Part shown: positions 46,382 through 56,062 of the stretch, one piece after another | Layout: each line of letters opens with the position of its first letter | How positions within the stretch are numbered: position 1 is the stretch's first letter | IMG/VR virus record: IMGVR_UViG_3300032116_000057 | Span: 1-64,000 of that record | Source: a virus | Reading direction: 5' to 3' (one strand) | DNA length: 64,000 nt | Made by a program: the position numbers and the translations under genes | The notes under the pieces: model-generated | What the model saw: only the letters and a program-made list of their open reading frames with translations | The model's database searches: none | What the model was told of the DNA's origin: nothing

Positions 46382-46653
46382 TATGACTTCACATCCCGTC
46401 TGACTTGCTTTCTAACCCTAGGTCTGATTACTTTTCGGGTTCTAGACCTCTGTCCAGTAGCTCTATAAATACGGCGTTGTGCAGCGCTTTCTGAACCTGG
46501 GTTTAGTGTAGTAGATTGTTTACCTACCCAACGCCCAGAGGGTCTTTTCTCCCAACTATCGCCAACAGATTGGTATTTAACGCCGGTCTTAGTTTTAGGT
46601 TTGCGAGCTACGGCAGGTTTATAAGCTTTTACAGTCTTAGGTTTTTCAGCCAC
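46381..46653 (-). CDS. Very basic hypothetical protein
   Basis: K/R-rich. Confidence 0.55.
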   Translation of the reverse strand: MAEKPKTVKAYKPAVARKPKTKTGVKYQSVGDSWEKRPSGRWVGKQSTTLNPGSESAAQRRIYRATGQRSRTRKVIRPRVRKQVRRDVKS

Positions 46654-46813
46654 CCATAGCCCCTTTCCTTGCAGATTCGTACTTTAAATTTCTACATGTT
46701 GGGCAAACCTTGCCGTCACCATACATGACAACTACCGGATCCATAACTTCCCTGCACTTACGACAAATTCTACTACCATCATAGATAGTAAGGGTACTGA
46801 TTTCTTCTACCAT
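46646..46813 (-). CDS. Small Zn-ribbon protein
   Basis: Manual ORF ..CRKC..CPTC.. Confidence 0.55.
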   Translation of the reverse strand: MVEEISTLTIYDGSRICRKCREVMDPVVVMYGDGKVCPTCRNLKYESARKGAMGG

Positions 46814-47154
46814 ACGGACTCAGTTACGTTTCTGGAAGTACCCTGGTAAGAAGTTGGAGACTGTGAGTAGTCAGTTCTAGTTGGCTGGTACTCAATATTG
46901 ACATCTACTATGTCCATAATAGTAAGCTCTTCAGTTCTATAGCCGAACTTAGGACGAAATAGCTGGATCTGAGGTAGGTTAGGACGCACAATATCTTGAA
47001 TCATAGCTGCCGGCAAAGTTACAGACATAATTGCACGACTAATTAAGGCATCCTGGGTATCTTCAAAAGGACCCATGTAGTCATAACGGATTTTAGGACC
47101 GTTATCTACAATTTCACGGGGCTTACTGTGATCGTATACGCCGTCTTGCATCAT
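46807..47154 (-). CDS. Hypothetical protein
   Basis: Operon ORF. Confidence 0.6.
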   Translation of the reverse strand: MMQDGVYDHSKPREIVDNGPKIRYDYMGPFEDTQDALISRAIMSVTLPAAMIQDIVRPNLPQIQLFRPKFGYRTEELTIMDIVDVNIEYQPTRTDYSQSPTSYQGTSRNVTESVW

Positions 47155-47837
47155 GGTTTTCTCTTTGGTAATCGACTCATCTTTTTACCTACACTTTTTG
47201 ATGAAGCCAAAGCATCAGTAATATTTGATGTTATAAGCGGCTCATCATCGTTACTTGTTGTGCCGCCAGAAGGGTTAACTTGACGACCTTGTGGAAACCA
47301 ACGAAGTCTGTCTCGTAAATATTCATGTCTTGGATGTGGATTATCAAAAGTATGTACAGTCTCTCCGGCAGCACGTTTAGCACGTACGCCTGATCTTTCT
47401 TCGTCTCTTCTTCTTTTTAGCGGTTTAGAAAGATCGCCAAAGGGGTCCTCTTCATCCATATATCTAATGACGTCTTCCATTCTATGCCAAGTTCTTGTAC
47501 CACGCTGTAAACGATCTTCACCGCTACTACCCATACCCTTACGCTCAACGTAATGTGGCATGTTTCTGGTGTGTGTCCATTTTTTGACGGTATCTGGATG
47601 AACGCCGTAAACTCTCGAAAGCTCTGAGTTACTTAAAAGAGATAAGCCCTCATTATCAACAGGAACTGGTGCTGCAGTTGAGGGGCGTGTATATTCCTTA
47701 GACATAACTTCATCAAAATGTTCTTTGCTTTGAATAGGCTGAGCCTTAGGCATATCGTCTCTGGGATCGGCCACTGCTTCAAACTTTTTGACCTGGGGGG
47801 TTTTTTTATTATTGTCTTTTTTTGCCATTATTGCCAC
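47151..47837 (-). CDS. Protein with MerR/excisionase-like HTH
   Basis: LSNSELSRVYGVHPDTVKKW....MP..R....EDV. Confidence 0.55.
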   Translation of the reverse strand: MAIMAKKDNNKKTPQVKKFEAVADPRDDMPKAQPIQSKEHFDEVMSKEYTRPSTAAPVPVDNEGLSLLSNSELSRVYGVHPDTVKKWTHTRNMPHYVERKGMGSSGEDRLQRGTRTWHRMEDVIRYMDEEDPFGDLSKPLKRRRDEERSGVRAKRAAGETVHTFDNPHPRHEYLRDRLRWFPQGRQVNPSGGTTSNDDEPLITSNITDALASSKSVGKKMSRLPKRKP

Positions 47838-48370
47838 CTAGGTTTTAGGTGTTCAAAATGTCCAGCAAGCTTTGTATTAAACTCTAGAGGTACGTTGGCA
47901 GATATATTAGCCTTACCATCATTGATTAAACGTGGTGCTGGAGCTAAAGTAGACTTAGGGGCATTGCGTTTAACCATAAAAGCAACTCCCCCCTCATTAT
48001 CTATAAGCTTAGCTTGAGCTTTAATTCTACGGTCAGGCTCTAGTCCTTCTGGCCAAACATATTCACCAAGGTCTATGCGTTCGCCCTTATGAACACCGCG
48101 TTGGTATCCACGTTGATTCTGACGTGCCTTAAGGGAGTCAAGTACAACATCTGATACCGCGTAAGGCTTTCCTCTATCGTCACGGCGAGAACGAATAGTG
48201 CCTAAATAGCCGTCAGGGTATTCAGCAGACGGCGTTTTTCCTACACCAATACGCAATGAATCCATTACGCTGCGAGTAACTACAGGCGTACCTCCACCAC
48301 CAGTAGTGGTGTAAGCTCCAATATACCCGCTAGCGCCCAGGTATTGCCAGTTTTGATGTGAGGATGGCAC
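47828..48370 (-). CDS. Hypothetical protein
   Basis: AEYPDGYLGTI.SRRDDR..YQRGVHKGERID block. Confidence 0.6.
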   Translation of the reverse strand: MPSSHQNWQYLGASGYIGAYTTTGGGGTPVVTRSVMDSLRIGVGKTPSAEYPDGYLGTIRSRRDDRGKPYAVSDVVLDSLKARQNQRGYQRGVHKGERIDLGEYVWPEGLEPDRRIKAQAKLIDNEGGVAFMVKRNAPKSTLAPAPRLINDGKANISANVPLEFNTKLAGHFEHLKPRWQ

Positions 48371-48372
48371 GA

Positions 48373-48657
48373 TTATTTCTCCTCAGTAGTCTCTTTAACT
48401 TCTGCTTTCTTTTTTACTGCTGCTTTTGGTTCTTCAACCACTTTTGGTTCTTCAACCACTTTTGGTTCTTCAACTACAGGCTCTTCAACAACAGGCTTTG
48501 AAATAGCGGGGGTAGGTAAAGAAACTTCAAAGATCTTTACGTTTAGATCTCTACTTAGTTTTATAAACCATGGCAAGTGAGAAGCACAATAAAATTGAGA
48601 CGTTGGTTTTTGTCTCAGTTCGTATACAGCAACACTTGAACAGTTATCGCACTTCAT
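48373..48657 (-). CDS. Zn-finger protein with VEEPK repeats
   Basis: CDNC..C..H; 18-bp tandem repeat about 48424-48490. Confidence 0.6.
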   Translation of the reverse strand: MKCDNCSSVAVYELRQKPTSQFYCASHLPWFIKLSRDLNVKIFEVSLPTPAISKPVVEEPVVEEPKVVEEPKVVEEPKAAVKKKAEVKETTEEK

Positions 48658-48917
48658 TATTTTTTCTTTTTCTTCTTTGACTCTGCCACGATTGATTCAA
48701 GTTGTTTTTCAATCTCTGGAAGAACAGCTTTGACAATACCAAATGCTGGGTCTTTTGGATTAAATGCACGTGCTGCTACGGGTACAACAGCTGCAAGTCC
48801 TGCGGCAATAATTCCTTTTGGATCTGTAATTTCTCCAGTTTGCCATACGGCTAAAGCTGCTGCAATAAAAGAGCGACCGTATGAGGCTAACATAGCCTGT
48901 AGTTGTTTCTTGTCCAT
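48657..48917 (-). CDS. Holin-like membrane protein
   Basis: ASYGRSF.AA.LA...AA.VPV..RA.NPKD.AFG, two hydrophobic helices, basic tail. Confidence 0.6.
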   Translation of the reverse strand: MDKKQLQAMLASYGRSFIAAALAVWQTGEITDPKGIIAAGLAAVVPVAARAFNPKDPAFGIVKAVLPEIEKQLESIVAESKKKKKK

Positions 48918-48981
48918 ATTTATCCTTTCTAGGGAGGGTCCTAGACTACCAATAGTGCCCTAAAAGGGGTGTAACGTCAGG

Positions 48982-49230
48982 CTAATCCCGGCCTTCTTTG
49001 AGGTGCTGATCTAATCTGCCCTTCATTTCAGCCACATCAGCCCGGATCTCGGACAACAAGGGGAGGATCTCCAACTTAACTTTGTCAGAAAGACTTGATC
49101 CACCGTTAGGTTTTAATTCACTTAAGTATTCTTTAACAAGATATTGATTAAACTTTTTAATTCCAATTCCGAGTGATGAAAGAATTGCAATTAGTCCTGT
49201 AATTACTCCAACCCAATCAAGTACTGACAT
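48982..49230 (-). CDS. Membrane protein (ELKPNGGSSL.D type, holin-associated)
   Basis: N-terminal TM helix followed by coiled coil. Confidence 0.6.
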   Translation of the reverse strand: MSVLDWVGVITGLIAILSSLGIGIKKFNQYLVKEYLSELKPNGGSSLSDKVKLEILPLLSEIRADVAEMKGRLDQHLKEGRD

Positions 49231-49410
49231 TTAAACTCCCAAGCGATATTAAGTTGTAAGTGCAAACTATGATACATGTAACACAATCTGTCATGGTAAA
49301 GTACGCTTACAAGATAGGAGATTACCGTAAATACACTGCGTATATTCGCAGCACTAATTGGTCTCTATAAAAGAATAACATTTGCCCTAGGAGTAGGGTT
49401 TTTTTTCGTA

Positions 49411-52137
49411 TTGCTAACTATTTCTTCTGCCTACGCTGAAGGGGAAGGGTCAACAACCACAGGAGAAACAACCCAACAGCCCACACAAAGTCCAGAACCA
49501 TCTCCTAGTCCTTCCACAACGTCTTCGAGCGAAGCGACTCCAACTCCGACTCCAACTCCAGAACCCTCGCCTGCAACTTCGGACCCTCAAACTTCCAGTA
49601 CGACATATTCCACTGAGGCGCCTCCATCCCAGACGAGTGGGACTGCGTCAACTTCTGGTTCATCCGAGCCAAGTCCGACTCCTGCGCCTTCACCTTCGCC
49701 TGAGCCCAGCGCAACTCCTCTTCCAACATCAGAACCCGCTCCATCTTCTGAACCGAGTCCAACTCCAACACCGACTCCAGAGACTTCACCTTCCGTAACA
49801 ACGGCTCCTTCGTCTGAACCCAGCCCACAACCCAGCCCGCAAGAAACGACAACAACGGTAGCCACAACTCCAGAAACATCAACGGTTACCTCCGTTCAAA
49901 ATAAAATTGAGAGCGCAACTGTAACATTAAACACGGCTGTTCAAGCCGCTAGTTCAGAACAACAATCTGCTGCCGCTACTCCGGTTGCAGAAGCTCAGAC
50001 AGCTATTGCAGCCGCCGAATCTGCCACCGTAATAGCTGTAGCAGCGCAAACTGCCGTTGATTCTCAAACTGTTGTGGTGTCTACGGCAGCAAGTAACGTG
50101 TCTACTGCTCAAGAGCAATTGGCTACTCTTCAGGGTGCCCCAGAAAACACAAAAGTTTTTACAACAGATGGGTATGTAGCTCCGGTAGCTCCTGAAAGCC
50201 CTACGGTAACTACTACTACTCTTCCTATTATGTATGATGCTGCAACTAAGATTCAAACACCATTTGACATTAAAATGGGTGATACCGTCTATAACGGTCA
50301 AGGAACAGCTAGCCAGATCTATGTAACTTCTAAAGCAACTATTACCTTTGGTACTGGCGACTTTAACTGGTGGGATTTTCCTAATGGTCCAAGCATCTCA
50401 GTGTTTGCAAGTGACTACCAGAATGCTGGTCCTGGGGCATCGACTGTAGTCACTACTACAGAAACTACTCTGGAAGTTGATTGGACCCTCCATAAGTTTG
50501 CAGATCCAAATGGACCGTTAACAAATGTTAATTGGAAGATGACGGTAAACCCTGAAACTGGGGAATGGACAGGAATCGGTAAGATTTCTGGAAACACTAC
50601 TGGCTTGTGGAATGGGCCTAGAACAGGAGTAAGAGAAGCTGTAGGAGAACCAGTTAAACCAATGACTGCCGTAACTTCTGAGACCATTGCTGCAGCTGAA
50701 ATTGTTGTAACAACAGCTCAAACTACTTTATCAACTGAGCAAACAACCCTAACTACACTAACTGAAACAGCTACTGCAACTATTGCTGCTGCGGATCAGT
50801 TGGCAACTGTTGCTGTTGAGAAGGTTGCGACTGCAGTAACTGCGCTCTCAGCACCTGTAACTTCGCCAGAGACTCAACAGCCGTCTGTGTCGCCAAGCGA
50901 ACCGACTCCTGAACCTGCTCCCTCTCCAACTCCTCCTGCTCAAGAATCTTCTCAATCAACAAATCCTCAGAGCCCTCAGCCATCCACTCCTCAACAATCT
51001 GACGCGCCTTCGCAATCTCAAGATTCCACAACAACTCAAACTGATGCTGGTCCATCTACTTCTCCTTCTGACACTGGCAATTCTGGCACTGACACGGCTC
51101 CAGAACCTCAACCCGAGACTCAACCTCAACCAACTTCTCCTGAGCCTCAGCCTGAGCCAACCTCTCCATCAGAACCTGAGTCTGAGGATCCTCCAGTAAC
51201 TCCTGAATCGCCGTCTGAACCTCAGGACGAACCTGTAGAACCAGAGCCAACTCCTCAAGAGCCTGAACAAGAACCTTCTGAAGAGGAAACACAAAATCCG
51301 GAAGAGGTTGATCCGGTTGATACTCCAGATGACAATCCTTCAGACACTCCAGACGATTCAGAGAATCCTCAAGAAGATTCTGAAGCTTCCAATGATCAGT
51401 CCACAGAAACGGATTCATCTACTGAGTCGCCCACAGAAGAACAATCAGAGCCCACAGAATCCCCAACAGATACGGAAGATACTTCATCGGAATCCGAAGA
51501 AACTTCGGAGCCTCCATTGGAAGATGGCGCAGCTGAGGAAGAAGAATCACAACAGCAGTCACAAGAGCAAGAGCAAGAAAATCAGTCCACAGAATCATCC
51601 TCTAATACTACACCTTCTGTAGAAGAAGCTGTCACAGAGGCGCTAGCAGATGGAAAACTAACGGAAGCTGAGAAAGAGGTTGTTGCTGAAGCTTTAATTG
51701 AGGCTGCTAATGGCGGTCCAGTATCTGCTGAAGCCATAAAAGAAGCAGGTATTGAATATAAAGATCTTCCTGCCGAGACTCCAGTTGAGGTTAGGAAGGA
51801 TGAAAACGGTAACGAAGTTATAATTACAGCAGACGTTGCTGCGGCTCTCGTTTTATTAGAGAACCCATCTGAATTAGTTGGCGCAATATTTAGCGACCCC
51901 GGGGAAGCACTACAAGCACTTGGAAGTATCGGTGCTGATATGTCCCCTGAAGAAAGAGAAGAAGCAGAAAAAATGGTAGTTGCTGCCGTCATTGCAGGCA
52001 ATGCTGCAATCAATGCTGTAGCAGTTGCTGGCGCTGCTGGAGGAACCACCACCGGTGGTAGCTCTAGTGGTGGAGGAAGTTCTGGAGGCGGAGGAGCCTC
52101 TGGAGAATCAAAAGGATATAGGAGACGCAAACCTTGA
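49411..52137 (+). CDS. Large secreted/surface P-S-T-E-rich protein (true start probably about 49327)
   Basis: AYA-E signal cleavage, mucin-like repeats, central beta domain, C-terminal hydrophobic segment then G-rich linker and RRRK. Confidence 0.8.
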   Translation: MLTISSAYAEGEGSTTTGETTQQPTQSPEPSPSPSTTSSSEATPTPTPTPEPSPATSDPQTSSTTYSTEAPPSQTSGTASTSGSSEPSPTPAPSPSPEPSATPLPTSEPAPSSEPSPTPTPTPETSPSVTTAPSSEPSPQPSPQETTTTVATTPETSTVTSVQNKIESATVTLNTAVQAASSEQQSAAATPVAEAQTAIAAAESATVIAVAAQTAVDSQTVVVSTAASNVSTAQEQLATLQGAPENTKVFTTDGYVAPVAPESPTVTTTTLPIMYDAATKIQTPFDIKMGDTVYNGQGTASQIYVTSKATITFGTGDFNWWDFPNGPSISVFASDYQNAGPGASTVVTTTETTLEVDWTLHKFADPNGPLTNVNWKMTVNPETGEWTGIGKISGNTTGLWNGPRTGVREAVGEPVKPMTAVTSETIAAAEIVVTTAQTTLSTEQTTLTTLTETATATIAAADQLATVAVEKVATAVTALSAPVTSPETQQPSVSPSEPTPEPAPSPTPPAQESSQSTNPQSPQPSTPQQSDAPSQSQDSTTTQTDAGPSTSPSDTGNSGTDTAPEPQPETQPQPTSPEPQPEPTSPSEPESEDPPVTPESPSEPQDEPVEPEPTPQEPEQEPSEEETQNPEEVDPVDTPDDNPSDTPDDSENPQEDSEASNDQSTETDSSTESPTEEQSEPTESPTDTEDTSSESEETSEPPLEDGAAEEEESQQQSQEQEQENQSTESSSNTTPSVEEAVTEALADGKLTEAEKEVVAEALIEAANGGPVSAEAIKEAGIEYKDLPAETPVEVRKDENGNEVIITADVAAALVLLENPSELVGAIFSDPGEALQALGSIGADMSPEEREEAEKMVVAAVIAGNAAINAVAVAGAAGGTTTGGSSSGGGSSGGGGASGESKGYRRRKP

Positions 52138-52304
52138 AGCTACTTAGAGACATGATAGATCAGCTTTGGACACTATTAGGCATGTTTATTGCCTGGGTTG
52201 TCCTAGACGGTAGTGCTAAGACTGTTGTAGGCTACGCAATAGTAGGCACCTTGCTGGCGTGGGCAATCACATACCCCTTGAGGAACCCAAAGGATGAAGA
52301 ATAA
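52134..52304 (+). CDS. Small 2-TM membrane protein
   Basis: Manual ORF (TTG)KLLRDMIDQLWTLLGMFIAWVVLDGSAK..; AGGAG SD. Confidence 0.65.
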   Translation: MKLLRDMIDQLWTLLGMFIAWVVLDGSAKTVVGYAIVGTLLAWAITYPLRNPKDEE

Positions 52305-52497
52305 GAGTAAGCTATTCCTTGCAGGAATGTCCCTGGTCTTTTTAACAGGCTGCGGATATGATGGACATTTTAGATATCCGTGTCAAGATCCAGCAAACTG
52401 GGAAGCAGCAGAATGCAAGCCACCAATTTGCACAGCTAGTGGAACTTGTCCAGAAGACTTAGGCAAACCAGAACAAGAAGGAACACAAAATGGCTAA
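52294..52497 (+). CDS. Small Cys-rich lipoprotein
   Basis: LTGC lipobox; RYPCQDP.NW...CKPP.C...G.C. Confidence 0.75.
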   Translation: MKNKSKLFLAGMSLVFLTGCGYDGHFRYPCQDPANWEAAECKPPICTASGTCPEDLGKPEQEGTQNG

Positions 52498-52900
52498 AGA
52501 AAGACTTACCCCCCAAGAACTAGATGCTCGCCTTAAGTTTATTTTAGGCATAACACTAGGCTCTATTTTATTTTTTACCGCTATAGGTATTCTCTATGGC
52601 CTTTTATTTGTTACTCAACCTATTGGGGCTCAGTCTGAAAATGACAAGATGTTCTTTAACGTTCTTGGAAGCGTAGCAACATTTATCACCGGAACCCTTG
52701 CTGGCCTTCTTATCGGTCAATCAGGCGCTAAAGATATTATGGCAGCACAGCTTGCTAATAAAGAGATGGATGCTAAGAACACTCAAGCCGACAAGAAGCT
52801 TGAAGCGGAGATTGATGATGCTAAAGCCCGTAGATTGGCAAAACCAGACGGCGCTATGCCAGAACCACAACCAGTAGATGAGGAATGGGATAAAGACTAA
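52490..52900 (+). CDS. 2-TM membrane protein (holin candidate)
   Basis: Two hydrophobic helices; coupled to endolysin. Confidence 0.65.
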   Translation: MAKERLTPQELDARLKFILGITLGSILFFTAIGILYGLLFVTQPIGAQSENDKMFFNVLGSVATFITGTLAGLLIGQSGAKDIMAAQLANKEMDAKNTQADKKLEAEIDDAKARRLAKPDGAMPEPQPVDEEWDKD

Positions 52901-53472
52901 TGGCTGAAATGGGAACAGCAGCAAAGCTCATTGAAGTAGCTACTGCGGAGATTGGAACCGTAGAAGGTCCTAAAGATAACGAAACTAAGTATGGTGCTTT
53001 TACCAAGGCTAACTTTCAGCCATGGTGTGGCTCATTCGTTATGTGGTGCGCTGATCAAGCTGGAGTAAAAGTACCTAATACTGTTTACACTCCAGGTGGA
53101 GCACAAGCATTTAAGAAGAAGAACTCTTGGATTGATGGAGACCTAGCTGATCCAGAACCAGGCGATATTGCGTATTTTGATTTCCCATCCGATGGAGTAG
53201 ACCGTATTTCGCACGTCGGCATTGTTGTTAAGGACAATGAAGACGGCACCGTATGGTGCATAGAAGGAAATACCTCTGGAGATTCCAAAGGTAGTCAACG
53301 TAACGGAGGAGAGGTCTGCAAAAAACTACGTGCATACAAGAAAAATAAAAAGAATGTACAAATCTCTATCGTTGGATTTGGTCGCCCAAAGTTTAAAGGG
53401 GCAGCTAAATCATCTCCGTCTCCAGCTGCTGAAACTCAGGAGACATGCCATTGTTGTGGTAAACCTAAATAA
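52900..53472 (+). CDS. CHAP-domain endolysin/amidase
   Basis: PWCGSFVMWC, PGDI..F, SHVGIV, IEGNTS. Confidence 0.9.
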   Translation: MAEMGTAAKLIEVATAEIGTVEGPKDNETKYGAFTKANFQPWCGSFVMWCADQAGVKVPNTVYTPGGAQAFKKKNSWIDGDLADPEPGDIAYFDFPSDGVDRISHVGIVVKDNEDGTVWCIEGNTSGDSKGSQRNGGEVCKKLRAYKKNKKNVQISIVGFGRPKFKGAAKSSPSPAAETQETCHCCGKPK

Positions 53473-53495
53473 TTAGGATGTGATCCTTATCTAGG

Positions 53496-53527
53496 ACGGG
53501 GAGCCGAAAGGCTCCCCGTTCTTATTT
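53496..53527 (+). terminator. Terminator at convergence
   Basis: acggggagcc-GAAA-ggctccccgt then TCTTATTT. Confidence 0.8.
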
Positions 53528-54686
53528 ATAAGACTACTAGCTCCCTGCGTGGATCTATACCATCCCCTACGACTAAAGAAACAAGACCTGGGGCGCTTTC
53601 AAGACCGGACTTATTTCTAAACCAAGCGGAGCCATTATCCATTGCAGGGTTCTGTATAAATAACCTAGGGCCTACGCTTTGAACATGGTAGTGATGAAAG
53701 TGACCAACATTTAGAATGTCAGCTTGAGCGACGGAGCAACGTCCCATAGCTTGTCCCATCCACCACTTAATAAGATCCCTAGCTTGATGGCCATGAGCCA
53801 TGCCATATAGGGTTCCACTTAAATCTACTGCAATAGTTGAATCGTCTGCAGCAGGATACCTAAACTCAACTCGATCACGAAGGAAATCATTTTCTTTACA
53901 GATATCTTCTACTGAAGCAACAATATCAATCTGCCAAGAATCTTCCGGCCTACCTACAAGAAACCTTTGTACCTCATCATGATTACCAGGAACTACAGGA
54001 ATAATAATTTTAGATGTTAGTTGAGACATGGCTTTAATCTGTGAAATAAGCATGCGTCGTCCTACACGAACTTGTTCTGATACTCCTATATCATGACGTC
54101 CCATGACTTTACCTTTTTGGCTAGTCATGCCTTCGATGCAATCGCCTAACTGTGGTAATGCGATCTGACCAATAGAATATTTTTTAGTTAGTTCTTGATG
54201 GCGTTCTACTGATGCATCAAAACCTTTTAACACTCTATCAATAATAGCTGGGGTATCGTCTTTACCGTATTGTGTGTCGCCAATGCTATATACGGCTGTT
54301 AAATCTCCAGTTGTATCTACAGACTTGTTTGGTGTCCACTTGCTTATACCCTCCAACAACTGCTCTAAGTCATAATCTTTTTTAACCGAATCAGTAACTG
54401 GAACTACGTTAACTCTAAACGACTCTAACCAATCACCGTTGTATGTTTGCCAACGAGATCTACGATGGGATACGACTGCCCACTCTTCTGGGTTTAGATT
54501 TGCTTCACGCAGAATATCTTCTGCACCTGGCGTATTACCATCTGGTCTAGGTGTTGAAACAACAAATCCACCATCAGTGCCAATCTCTGATCTAGGACGC
54601 CAAGCATCCGGAATACTTTTATTTAACTTATCTGATCCTTGATTACCGGCTTGAATTATTGCATCGTAATCATCTGCTAAGGACAT
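53526..54686 (-). CDS. Calcineurin-like metallophosphoesterase (Mre11/SbcD-like)
   Basis: GDTQ, GD..EG, GNHD, HGH, GHFHH. Confidence 0.85.
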   Translation of the reverse strand: MSLADDYDAIIQAGNQGSDKLNKSIPDAWRPRSEIGTDGGFVVSTPRPDGNTPGAEDILREANLNPEEWAVVSHRRSRWQTYNGDWLESFRVNVVPVTDSVKKDYDLEQLLEGISKWTPNKSVDTTGDLTAVYSIGDTQYGKDDTPAIIDRVLKGFDASVERHQELTKKYSIGQIALPQLGDCIEGMTSQKGKVMGRHDIGVSEQVRVGRRMLISQIKAMSQLTSKIIIPVVPGNHDEVQRFLVGRPEDSWQIDIVASVEDICKENDFLRDRVEFRYPAADDSTIAVDLSGTLYGMAHGHQARDLIKWWMGQAMGRCSVAQADILNVGHFHHYHVQSVGPRLFIQNPAMDNGSAWFRNKSGLESAPGLVSLVVGDGIDPRRELVVL

Positions 54687-54910
54687 CCGCATGCTCCATT
54701 TCTATGGGTGAGCAGGGATGACAAACCAAATGTTGCTCCTGCTTTTTGGTATAAACGAAAAAGACTTCTCGTTGAGAAGTCTGCGTCATTAATCGAAGTA
54801 TCAAATGCAGCTCTATCATTTTCTGCAAGAGAAGCTGCCCATTGTCCTACAACACAATAGTTGAGGATCTTGTTATTTTCTTTAGCCTCTTCGTAGAGGT
54901 TTTGTAACAT
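54677..54910 (-). CDS. Hypothetical protein
   Basis: C..G..HR.G.C.C pattern; coupled to phosphoesterase gene. Confidence 0.6.
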   Translation of the reverse strand: MLQNLYEEAKENNKILNYCVVGQWAASLAENDRAAFDTSINDADFSTRSLFRLYQKAGATFGLSSLLTHRNGACGCP

Positions 54911-54979
54911 GTGTTTGCTCCGTATGTTGGTCCGTATTGCCTAGCCCCAATTCTGAGGCTAGGCATATACTACACGAAA

Positions 54980-55330
54980 TTAGTACGAAGCGGAAGTTCC
55001 GCCGTCAAAGTTAATTCGAGTACGCTTTGTAGCTGTACGAATAATGACGCCGTTACGTTGGGTCTCACCTGAAGCTGGGTCTACCTGCTTTGTATATCTA
55101 GCGGTAGTAGGTGAATAAGCTGCGCCATTTCGCTCAGCTGCTGAAGGCAACGCGTTCTTACGATTTGCTTTAGTACCGTAAGCGCTTGGGTCTCCAGACT
55201 GTGCACCCTGCTTCTTAACTAACTTACCAGCTTTTGGTGTAGCCGTAGAAAACTTAGTGCCTTCACGTCCCATAGGGGTGCGGCCTTGCTTTGCCATTCC
55301 GGCTAAAGCTTCTGATGTTGCATCTGCCAT
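54980..55330 (-). CDS. Hypothetical basic protein
   Basis: ORF. Confidence 0.6.
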   Translation of the reverse strand: MADATSEALAGMAKQGRTPMGREGTKFSTATPKAGKLVKKQGAQSGDPSAYGTKANRKNALPSAAERNGAAYSPTTARYTKQVDPASGETQRNGVIIRTATKRTRINFDGGTSASY

Positions 55331-55373
55331 TTTAATCCTAACCCTTGTTAGATCTCTTAATGATAAGAATACC

Positions 55374-55652
55374 CTAAGAGACTTGTATAGTAAAGACTAT
55401 CGCAGAGATTTGTCCATCTCTTGAATCTACCGTAGTAAATCCAGGTCTGCAAGTAAGATCAAGCCCTCTTGGGGCAACATATCCACGAGCTATTGCAATA
55501 GCTTTGACAGCCTGGTTGACAGCGGATGCGCCTACGGCTCTTAATTTAACTTGAGGAGCCTCATAGAGAGCGTGGGCGATAGCCGAACCAACCGACTGTG
55601 CATTAGATCCAGCGCTTACACGCAGGAATTTATCTTCAGTTTCTTCTGCCAC
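55374..55652 (-). CDS. spoVS: SpoVS family (Alba-like) nucleic-acid-binding protein
   Basis: LRVSA.S...SV..AIA....AVGA.AVNQAVKAIAIARGYVAP.G.DL...P.F. Confidence 0.9.
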   Translation of the reverse strand: MAEETEDKFLRVSAGSNAQSVGSAIAHALYEAPQVKLRAVGASAVNQAVKAIAIARGYVAPRGLDLTCRPGFTTVDSRDGQISAIVFTIQVS

Positions 55653-55711
55653 GTTTAGTAGTCCTTCGGTTTCGAATAGTGGAAGCCCTCCGAAGGTAAA
55701 CGGTACGATAT

Positions 55712-56062
55712 TTATGGGGTTAAGTCAGCGTATCCTGCCGCCTTTAATAGCTTAATTAGGTCGTCTAACCTAAGAACTGCTGGCCAGTCTCCCACGGTAG
55801 CTGGTCCCTGGCCATTCAGTCGGAGGACGGCTACAGGCAACAGGTCGTCCGCACTTCTTTCCTTTAGCTGCTTTATAGCTGCACTTGGATTAAAATCTTT
55901 GCGAGCTTTTACTTCCCAATCTATGCCGATAGTTCCTGTAACGTCAGTACCTGATCTACCCGCACCAGTAGACTTTGCATAAGGCCAGCCTTCAGACACT
56001 AACTTGTTGGCAAGAATGTCCTGGGATTTGTACCCGCGATGCTTTCTAGATTGCGATGGCAT
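55712..56062 (-). CDS. Holliday junction resolvase-like PD-(D/E)xK nuclease
   Basis: RKHRG, G.DV.G, EVKAR. Confidence 0.75.
   Translation of the reverse strand: MPSQSRKHRGYKSQDILANKLVSEGWPYAKSTGAGRSGTDVTGTIGIDWEVKARKDFNPSAAIKQLKERSADDLLPVAVLRLNGQGPATVGDWPAVLRLDDLIKLLKAAGYADLTP

Noticed and set aside
49505-52130. Multiple minus-strand ORFs inside the surface protein gene, and similar shadow ORFs elsewhere
   Set aside because: By-products of low-complexity codon usage on the coding strand
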